From the human T2T-CHM13v2.0 reference genome, Homo sapiens, in assembly GCA_009914755.4 (NCBI GenBank), contig CP068257.2, positions 38,080,001 through 38,144,000 of the forward strand: 64,000 bases of DNA, written 5' to 3'. Below are positions 53,166-64,000 of the stretch, in pieces; position 1 is the stretch's first letter, and each line of letters opens with the position of its first letter. Position numbers and translations under genes: made by a program. Below the pieces are notes generated by a model that did no database searches, was not told where the DNA came from, and was given only the letters and a program-made list of their open reading frames with translations.

Positions 53166-53587
53166 ACACAATTCCGTTTATAGAAGCTAGAAAATAATGT
53201 GCTAGTTGTGAAAAGGAATGATTTTCACACTATAATTTTTTTATTTTAATGGAGTGGTTGTGGTCAACTGAAGTTCCACCAGAAGTAAGGAAAACAGCCA
53301 GTGAGGTTAGCAGTAAGCCTCAGCACTCACTGAATTGTGACGTGCAGCTGAAGTCATCCTGAGAAAGTTGCATTGGATGACAAAAAGGACACAAATGAGA
53401 CAAGTGTCTGGTTATTGTATAACACACACAAAAATTAACTTTTCTGCTACCTTCTTAGGTTCAGCACCAGGCGCCTGCGGAAGAAACATAAAAGACAAAT
53501 TAACGGGAGAAAAAAAATGTTTATGCCTTATGCATATGGGAGCCAACAAAGGAAGTAGCTGGCTCATTAATAGAGTTAAAGAGTTAA

Positions 53588-54016
<429 letters not shown>

Positions 54017-54828
54017 TAAGGACGCACCTGTGACACAGCCTCAGGAGGCCCTGAAAACATGTGCCCAAAGTGGTCAGGGCACAGCTTGGTTTTATACATT
54101 TTGTGGAGGCATGAGACATCAATCAGTAAGTGTAATGTGTACATTGGTTCGGTCTGGAAAGGTGGGACAATTCCAAGTGGGGGCTTCCAAGTTGTAGGTA
54201 GACAAGAGACACAAGGTTGATCAGCCTCTCACTGAATACACAATTTACATGTGAGAGAGGGGTAGAGGAATAGGCAGTTATGCCTTGTCTGACTCAATGA
54301 ATCTGTATTTTTACTAAGCAATACGGCAGAGAAAGCAATCAGATACACATTTGTCTCAGGTAAGCAGAGAGATGACTTTGAGTTCTGGCCTTTGCTCCGC
54401 ACCTGTGAAGATCAGCTACAATTTACATTGCCAGGGTGAAATTCAACGGAACTGTTTTTAAGGTAAAGATCTTGAGGCCCACAAGGGAATTTTTCTCATG
54501 GGCAAATTGTGAAGGAGGTATGCAGCTTTTTCATCTTTATAGCTATCTTATTTAGGAATAAAATGGGAGGCAGGTCTGCCTGATACAGTTCCCAGCTTGA
54601 CTTTCTCCCTTTGGCTTAGTGATTTTGGGGTCCCGTGATTTATTTTCCTTTCACACCTTCAACTGGAAGGAAGAGCATTCTCCGCCTCCCCTGGCCCCAT
54701 TTACTTGCTTCTTGGTCTTTAAATATGTTAGCTATATCTTCCATTGGTGCCTATTACATGCAGAAATCCTTGATTCTGAGTTCCCTGACAAGATTATCAA
54801 AAAGGACCATTAAAAAAGCAGACCTTTG

Positions 54829-54996
54829 ACTGGGTGTGGTGGCTCCCACCTGTAATCCCGGCACTTTGGAAGGCTGAGGCTGGAGGACTGCTTGAGCCTA
54901 GGAGCTCAAGGTTGCAGTGACCTATGATCGTGCCACTGCACTCCAGCCTGGGTAACAGAGCAAGACACTGTCTCCAAAAAAAAAAAAAAAAAAAAG
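54829..54996 (+). mobile_element. Alu, internally deleted
   Basis: gactgggtgtggtggctcccacctgtaatcccggcactttggaaggctgaggctggaggactgcttgagcctaggagctcaaggttgcagtgacctatgatcgtgccactgcactccagcctgggtaacagagcaagacactgtctccaaaaaaaaaaaaaaaaaaaa. Confidence 0.85.
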
Positions 54997-56479
54997 CAGT
55001 TCAGTATGGTGCTGAACATCAGGTTCTTGGGACACAGTCTTCCAGAACTGTCACAGTGCTCTGCAAAGCCACGTTCCTGTGTTCATCTCCTAGCACTTGG
55101 GGGTGGGGGGTTGGAGCTCTGCCCTATCCACCAGTCCTCCAGCAAATGCCATGGAAGCCACACTTACTCCTAATGGCTGTCTCATCCAGAGGACGCACCC
55201 TCGGGACTTTTTTCTTTCTTAAGAGGATTTGTTCTTGTGGATGTCAAGGTGCCTGGCTGGGAGAAGGAGCCAGTTCCACCAGCCGCTGGGCCTTTGCTGG
55301 AGGCAAGGTCAGTCAGCCAGGCAGCATGTTTTGGGCAGGAAGGATCTGTCAGCCTCCAGCTGGTGGAAGAGGACCAGGGCGGGAGCTGAGCAGTGCCTTG
55401 ACTCCGAAGGACTTGGAAGAGGAGGGAGAGGGAGTGGAGGCCGGAGTGGAGAGGATAGACTGGCCCTGAGGCCTCTGCGTTCCCAGCCCGGGGCCTGGAC
55501 TTCCTGTGTTTGGCTGCTGTTTGGAGCTTGGTGATGATTAATGAGGAAATACGCACTCTGAAGAGCTTATACCTCCCTGGACTGTGAGGCCACATCTGCA
55601 TTTATAACACAGTCTGTGATGTGACAGAGCCATTTCTTGAGGAACTTTGGTTCTGGTGAGGCAGCATCAGGACTCTCTAGAGGCCAGACAAGAGTGTGTT
55701 TCTACATTTGTATGGAGAGAGGACAAGAGCCACGAAGAGGCCTTTAGGAAATGAAGCACCCTTGCTGAAGCCCTCCAAAGGGTTTACCTGTCATCTGGGG
55801 TAAGACAACTCCAGTTTGTGGCTCCCCTGTGACAGGTGTTTGCCAAGTGAGTTTCTCCATAGGGCCCCTCAAGCCCCGCACAGGCCGTTATCTGGGTTTC
55901 CCAGGAAAGTGCTGGACATTTGCACACATGATCTTCGCTTTCCAACTTCCACAGAGTTAAAAACTACAAGCGTGGGCTTCTCTGAGAAGTTCAGAATTTC
56001 TGGATGGTTTCTAATCAGTGAGTGTCGCTTTCACAGTGAACTGTTCTTGGGATGGGTTGAAAGCTGAGACTTGGCTGAAATTTGATGGGCTGGGTGGGGT
56101 GGGGTCAGGATTCAATTAATAGAAAGTTTTTAAAAAAACTTTTACCGACTTCGAGGGTACAAATGCAGTTTTGTTACATGGAGATATTGTGCAGTGGGGA
56201 AGTCTGGGCTTTTGGAAAGGACTGACTCATGACGTCTGCCATTCATTGGACAAGCTTGTAAATGCCTTTTCCACCCTCTAATGAGAAGCCTTAGGGAAAG
56301 TAGAATTGTCCCAAAGTCTCTGGAGGTTCTGAGAAGGCCGACCCTGAATGCAAGATGCTCAGAGCTGGAGTCTTCCGAGTGCAGGAGAAATGCCAGCACC
56401 TTTTTATTGAGCCGTGGCGGTGTCCAGGTTGCTCCTTAGTCCCTTGCATGGTTTTTGTTACAGCTATTTCTTTCTTCTT

Positions 56480-58990
56480 TTTTTCTTTACTTTTAAAAAA
56501 TTTCAATAGTTTTTGGGGTACTGGTGGTTTTTGGTTACATGAATAAGTTCTTAAATGGTGATTTCTGAGACGTTAGTGCACCTGTCACCCGAGCAGTGTA
56601 CACTGTGCCTAATATGTAGTCTTTTATCCCTCACCCCGTTCCTCCCTGAGTCCCCAAAGTCCATTGTGTCATTCTTGTGCCTTTGCATCCTCATAGCTTA
56701 GCTCCCACTTATAAGTGAGAACATATGATGTTTGGTTTTCCATTCCTGAGTTACTTCACTTAGAATAATGGCCTCCAGCTCCATCCAAGGTGCTGCAAAA
56801 TATGTTATTTTATTCCTTTTTTTTATGACTAAGTAGTAGTCCATGGTGTATATATACCGCATTTTCTTTATCTACTCATTGGCTGCTGGGCATTTAGGTT
56901 GGTTTCATATTGTTGCAATTGCAATTGTGCTGCTATAAACATGCATGTGCAAGCGTCTTTTTCATGTAACGACTTCTTTTCCTTTGGGTAGATACCCAGT
57001 AATGGGATTGCTGGATCAGATGGTAGTTTTACTTTTAGTTCTTTAAGGAACCTCCTACTGTTTTTCATAGTGGTTGTATAATTTACATTCCCAGCAGTGT
57101 AAAAGTATTCCCTTTCACCACATCCACACCAACATTTATGGCTTTGTCTTTTATGATAATTCTTGCAGGAGTAAGGCAGCATCTCATTGTGGTTTTAACT
57201 TGCACTTCCCTGATTAGTGATGTTGAGTATTTTTCATATGTTTGTTGGCTGTTTGTATATCTTCTTTTGAGAATTGTCTATTCATGTTCTTTGCCCACTT
57301 TTTGATAGACTTATTCTTTTTTTTTTCTTGCTGATTTGTTTTAGTTCCTTGTAGATTCTGGATACTAGTCCTTTGTTGGAGGCATAGTTTGCAAATATTT
57401 CCCCCCACTCTGTGGGTTGTGTGTTTACTCTGCTGATTATTTCTTTTGCTGTGCAGAAGCTTTTTAGTTTAACTAGGTCCTATTTATTTATTTTTTGCAT
57501 TTGCTTTTGAGGTCTTAGTCATTAATTCTTTGCCTAAGCTAGTGTCCAGGCATTTTTTCTGATGCCATTTTCTAGAATTCTTAGAGTTTCGGGTCATAGA
57601 TTTAAGTCTTTCATCTATCTTGAGTTAGTTTTTGTATAAGGTGAGAGATGGGGATCCAGTTTCATTCTTCTATGTGTGGCTTGCCAATTACCCCAGGATC
57701 ATTTATTTAATAGGGTGTCCTCTCCTCAATTTATTTTTTTTGTATGCTCGGTTGAAGATCAGTTGGCTGTAAGTATTTGGCTTTATTTCTGAGTTCTCTA
57801 TTTTGTTCCATTAGTCTATGTGCCTATTTTTATACCAGTACCAAGCTGTTTTGGTAAGTATAGCCTTGTAGTATAATTTGAAGTCAGGTAATGTGAAGCC
57901 TCCAGATTTATACTCTACAGTTGTTGGGAAGAATGTTCTGTAAATATCTGTAAGTTCCATTTGTTCTAGGGTATAGTTTATGTCCATTGTTTCTTTGTTG
58001 ACTTTCTGCCTTGATGATCTGTCTAGTGTTATCACTGGGGTATTGAAGTCCCCCACTATTATTGTGTTGCTGTCTATCTAATATTGTAGGTCTAGTAGTA
58101 ATTGTTTTTAAAATCTGGGTGCTCCATTGTTAGGTGCATATAAATTTAGGATTGTAATATCTTCTTGTTGGATTAATTCTTTTATCACTATATAATGCCC
58201 TTCTTTGTCTTTTTTTTTTAACTGTTGTTGCTTTAAAGTCTGTTTTGTCCGAAATAAGAATAGCTACTTTTGCTTGCTTTTGGTTTCCATTTGTGTGAAA
58301 TATCTTTCTCCAACCTTTCACCTTGAGTTTATGTGAGTGCTTAGGTGTTAGCTGAATCTCTTGAAGACAGTAGATATTTGGTTGGTGTTTTTTTTGTTTT
58401 TTTTTAGTCCTTTCTGCCATTTTTAATCTTTTAAGTGGAACATTTAGGCCATTTACATTAGGTCAATATTAAGATGTGAGGTACTGTTGTATTCATCATG
58501 TTAGTTGTTACCTAGATACTTCTATTTTTAATTGTGTTATTGTTTTATAGACCCTGTGAGATTTATGCTTTAAGCAGGTTCTATTTGGGTGCATATCAAA
58601 CTTCTGTTTCAAGATTTAGAACTCCTTTTAGCATTTCTTGTAGTGCTGGTTTGGTAGTGGCAAATGCCTTTAGCATTTTTTGTCTGAAAAAGACTTTATC
58701 TCTCATTTATGAAGCTTAGTTTTGCTGGGTATAAGATTCTTGACTGACAATCATTTTGTTTAAAGAGGCTAAAGATAGGACTTCAATCCCTTCTGGCTTA
58801 TAAGGCTTCTGCTGAGGAATCTGTATGGCTATTTCCCACCAACCTTGAGCAGGCACTTGCCCCCTATTGTTTGTTTTTGAGCTTCTTGCCATTGCCCCAA
58901 ACATGACATTTTCTGCCACTTTTGAAGACTCCATTATCAAGCCGTTTCCAATAATCCAAAAATAAGGGGCTGAGTGCGATCTCAAAAGCA
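56480..58990 (-). mobile_element. LINE-1 (older primate L1, L1PB/L1MA-like) with a roughly 2.4-kb internal deletion in ORF2; retains 3'UTR, ORF2 C-terminus, ORF2 N-terminal endonuclease region and ORF1 C-terminus
   Basis: The 3' end on the + strand reads ttttggggtactggtggtttttggttacatgaataag ... cccacttataagtgagaacatatgatgtttggttttccattcctgagttacttcacttagaataatggcctccagctccatcc. Minus-strand ORF 58130-58420 matches the ORF2 EN domain (...CLQEIQLTPKHSHKLKVKGWRKIFHTNGNQKQAKVAILISDKTDFKATTVKKK...). ORF 57811-58056 joins EN-domain residues ([48 protein letters not shown]) directly to ORF2 C-terminal residues ([32 protein letters not shown]). The deletion junction is at about 57905. Confidence 0.85.
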
Positions 58991-59772
58991 CCAATGTTCT
59001 TTCTGAGAGGACTAGCTTGGTGAGTCCTGGCTGATCTTCTGAGTGTGTTTGCCTCTCGTCAGGACAGGGAGGAATTGGTGGGTGGCTAAATCCTGTCTAT
59101 TTAATACAGTTTAATAAGACTAAAGACTTTAAGAATAAAAGATTTTTCAACTAAGTGTAGGTAATTCAAGTCTGCTATAATGAAATGAAAGACAAGTTAA
59201 ATCTCAAGTCCTGTTCAGACTACCCCACAGGGATATTCATGAACAATACCCGGCATATGTCTTTAATTAAAACAGCTTGTCTGATTTCAGTTAAACTTGA
59301 AATCAGCTTTATGACAGTGTTCCAACTGCATACACCCTTCAAATGCTATCCCCTCTCAAATCCATATCTGTAGCAGCCTCACTGCTTGGTTCCTGGAGCT
59401 CTGAGGGTGTTTTTGCACTGCCTGCCCTGTGATTCTGCTAGACTCCTCTTTCATACAGAGATGAAATGTGGATGACATGTGAGGGTATTGGCAGAATGGA
59501 GTGTTGAGTAAGTTAAGCAATCTGTTCTTAGTCTGTTGCCTGACTCTACCTGCTTGTCGGGGACTAGAAGTCTTTCCTAACAGACCTTAATCTATTGCTG
59601 TGTCATTTTCTGTAACACTGGGTTCACACTTGGCAGTGACTGCTTTTGGTAAAATATGTAATTTTTTACAACTGGACGACTCAATTTCTCCTTCATCCTC
59701 TGCTAGAGCCTGACATTCCAGATGACTACTTGTGGAGTTGTGTTAATCGAACCTTAAAAATTATTAAATGAT

Positions 59773-60266
<494 letters not shown>

Positions 60267-60281
60267 TCAAACCTTATATTA

Positions 60282-60608
<327 letters not shown>

Positions 60609-62024
60609 TTATAGTTTAGTGCACACGTTGAATTTTGCTTTCTAAAGACCTCAGAGAAACAAAGGGGTGGAAACCCCACATTCTTTCTCGAGGCTGTGAA
60701 TACCCAGTAATGCACTTAAATGCTAAATGCAGGTCATGGGCCTGAGAATCTTTGCTGTCCTTCACGCTGACACTGTGGGTTTCATTCAGTAACTTGGATG
60801 AGATGTCCGCAGATCAAGGTGTGGTAGTTGTTTTCCCATCACAGTTTCAATTCTTGTATTTTTGCTTCTGGGTTGGCTGTGGGGTCTGCCTTCTAGGGCC
60901 TGTCAGAAAAGAAAGGAGACTGGAGCCCTGGATGTGCGTTGTCAGCACATTATAAAGTCTCTCCTCAAAGTCCCTGATGGGACCTGTCACCTCATATTCT
61001 GGAGGGACGGGTGGACGAGACTCGCAGGGCTGTGGAATGTGTGTAGATGCCAAAGCTGAAATGAGAACCGTCCAGGTCACTGGACTCCACTCATTGGTGC
61101 TGTGGAGGAATGTTTGCAATAAAGAGACCCTTTCCTGAGGCTAAGGAGTATTGTTTTGCGGGTGGTTCATGACATGTTCAGCACATAGGTGATCTAACCC
61201 TGAATCTTCCAGGAGGATACATCAGTACTGGGGAGTGTCTTGGATAAGCCTCTCCTAGGGGAGAGAAAAAAGCAAAAAGGAAAAAATGCAAGGGTAGAGG
61301 GTGACCAAGAGGGCATCAAAGAACAAAGGGGGTTGGAAGGAAAGAACAAGAGGTATACATGGCAGAATCCTCATGTGCTGTCAATGGTCTGGCCAGGCCT
61401 TACCCCATCTATCCTGGCCTCCCTGAACTCTGACCTCACCCCTTCCACCCACCCCTGTCTGCCACAGAGCCTTCTCTGCAGTTCATCAAGCACAGCAGGC
61501 ACAGTCCCCCCCGAGAGCCTTAGTACCTGCTTTTTCCTCTGCTGGGAAAGTTCTTCCTGCAGGTGTCCAATGCGGCGGCTGTTGTCTCACCTCATTCGCT
61601 GTGCATGGTGCACCTTCCCGGGGGCTTTTCTCTGACTACCCTGTTTGAAGTGGTAGCTGGTCCCCCTCCTTGCCCTGTTTCTCCCCACACCTATTGCCAC
61701 CTTCTAATAGGCCATATCATCTATTTATTCATTCGGTTGCCTGTCTTTCCTTTTGAGAATGTGAGCTCATGAGGGCAGGATTTTTTCTCAGTGATTAGTG
61801 ATTGAAACGAATGTAATAAGCCCATGATCTGCATTTTGGTCAGTCATTCAGAGGTGAGGCTACACCATCTGCATCCCTTCATGATGCAGGTGGGCTGGCG
61901 GGTGGCGTAAGACGATTTCAACCAGTGATTCTCAAATTTGACCAGGCACCAGAATCACCTGGAGGGCTTCTTTAAATCCAAAATTCTGGGCCCACACCAG
62001 GGGTTTCTGTTTCAGGAGGTCTGA

Positions 62025-62344
<320 letters not shown>

Positions 62345-64000
62345 TGTGCTTTCTAACACTTCCCAGATGAGGCTGCCCCTGTCCACACTGAGATGCGCTG
62401 ATCCAATGTGTCCATGGGCACACACCAGCTGCGGGGGGTGGGGGTGGCGGTGGGCACAGAAGACTTCTGAACGGTAGATGCTTGTCAGTGATGGGTTGTT
62501 GCCTGCTTGCTTTATTTTCCCAGGGCCAGGAAGAACATATGGAGGTGCAGGGCTGAGGGAAAGCTGTCCTGACTGTGCTGGTCGTCCTGGCACATAGGGA
62601 TCGCCTGAGCTTGGTGGGCTGTTCACCAACGTCCACTTGGAGTGTAGGGGGAAGACAAGGGCCACAGGAGGCCGCTGGAACACACAACTGCCAGAAGGGT
62701 CTTTCTCAGCCTCTTCCCACTGCATCCCTTCCCATGGTGACCTCTTCTGTGGGGCCCATTTCCTCCTGCATTGACTCGACTCCCAGAACGGTCCTTCAGG
62801 TGCAGGGGATCTCCCCCATCCTCACCAGGGCCATCACTGTCCTGGGAGTCTGCATTAGGTTCCTTCCCACAAGTTGTTGCACCTGCTGAAATGTCCCTTC
62901 CCCTCCCTCATTTCTCACCTCTTCAATTTCTATCTGGGCTTCGAGGAAGACCTGACTCAGAAATCACCTCCTCCCTGAAGCCTCCTAAACCTTGCCATTT
63001 TCAGGGCGAGAATCTCAGTTTCCATTTACTGACAGGGTAAGGGTTCTGTTGTGTGTGACACTTCCTCTTCCTCACCACCCCAGCGCTCTCCAACGGTGTC
63101 AGCTGGAGTGAACTCCTGTGTGTGCAAGGCCTGGGTCTCCTGGTCAGACTACTTTCTATGCGAAAGGCATAGTGTATAGTCTATACACTATACATAGGGG
63201 TGCTGGGAGGAACTGGGGTTTTCACAGCCAGCTTTGGTTTTCATTAGGTTTGTTTAGTTTCCATTGCTTCAGGGGTGTTAGTTTTGTGTTCACAACTAGA
63301 TTATAAACTCCTCTTGCATTCCTGATGGCAGTGACTTGAAGGCATTTATTTGAAGAATAATAGACATACAGAAAGGGGCACATGTCATAAAGGTACAGCT
63401 GGACGACTTTTCACAAAGTGAGCACATTTGTATGATCGATGTTGAGACCAAGAGCATTCAGTGGACAACTCCTTTCCAGTTACTCCACCCCACTCCCAGT
63501 GACCATCATTCTGACTTCTAACTGTGTAGACATGTTTTGCTTGTTTTGTACTTTACAAACATATCTATTTTAGGTGGCTAGACAATGTGTTTTACAATGC
63601 TGGCCATGACAGTGTTTGAAAGAATAAAATGGAATCAAATAGAATGGGCAGTATCAGAGTGTGTTGCCTGCCTAAGAAATGTTTTGTGACATTTTGGCTT
63701 TGGGTCTATTTATACATTAAATCTAAGAGCACCAGAATGTGGTGTCAAAATGTGTTTGGGGATGAAGATATTCTAAAGACCTGTAGTAAGCAATGCAAAG
63801 CGTTCTGGAGGTGTTTATTAAACATTTGTTTGTAGAATGGAGAGGAAGACAAGGTCCCTGCTTGTGTAGAGCTTAGGGACTGACTGTAGGGTTAACAAAC
63901 CACCCTTAATGTACATCTTAGGCATATGGCACTGTATGGGCCTATTTCAGCCGTGGTTACAAAAAACTCTTCCAAAGGTTTGGTGGGCAGTGGATGAACT

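Noticed and set aside
63140-63170. 17-bp near-palindrome gtgtatagtctatacac.
   Set aside because: Too short to be meaningful on its own. Such palindromes occur by chance at this length in AT-rich DNA.

Overview
This 64-kb window is primate, almost certainly human, nuclear genomic DNA. That rests on about 22 Alu copies, which are primate-specific, together with L1PA-like LINE-1, THE1/MST/MLT1 (MaLR) LTRs and a HERV-W element, which is catarrhine-specific. It is AT-rich and repeat-dense, with roughly half the sequence being recognisable interspersed repeats, and it looks intergenic or deep-intronic. I could not support any cellular protein-coding exon, tRNA, rRNA, CpG island or CRISPR-like structure. 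Every long ORF in the supplied track lies in a retroelement (L1 ORF2, HERV gag/pol/env) or is an Alu read-through or chance ORF. The main feature is a roughly 7.2-kb HERV-W element on the minus strand, spanning 43709-50897, that has the hallmarks of an L1-mediated processed pseudogene rather than a provirus. It starts at the R region of the 5' LTR with no U3. It ends at the R poly(A) site of the 3' LTR, followed by a poly(A) tail. It is flanked by a candidate 10-12-bp target-site duplication. It also carries an internal deletion that fuses the integrase zinc finger to the syncytin-like Env cytoplasmic tail. Other items worth a second look are a 97-bp near-perfect inverted repeat with a 652-bp spacer (6642-7487) and a head-to-head rearranged L1, with a minus-strand 3' end abutting a plus-strand 5'UTR. 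There are also an internally deleted L1, an ERV-L pol (RNase H) remnant, two small DNA transposons and a dense homeodomain-site cluster. I see no novel biological system of the prokaryotic kind; the window is ordinary repeat-rich primate DNA, and the HERV-W retrosequence is a known class of element. Coordinates of repeat boundaries are by-eye estimates, usually within 10-30 bp. Family and subfamily names are from memory of consensus sequences, not from a database search.
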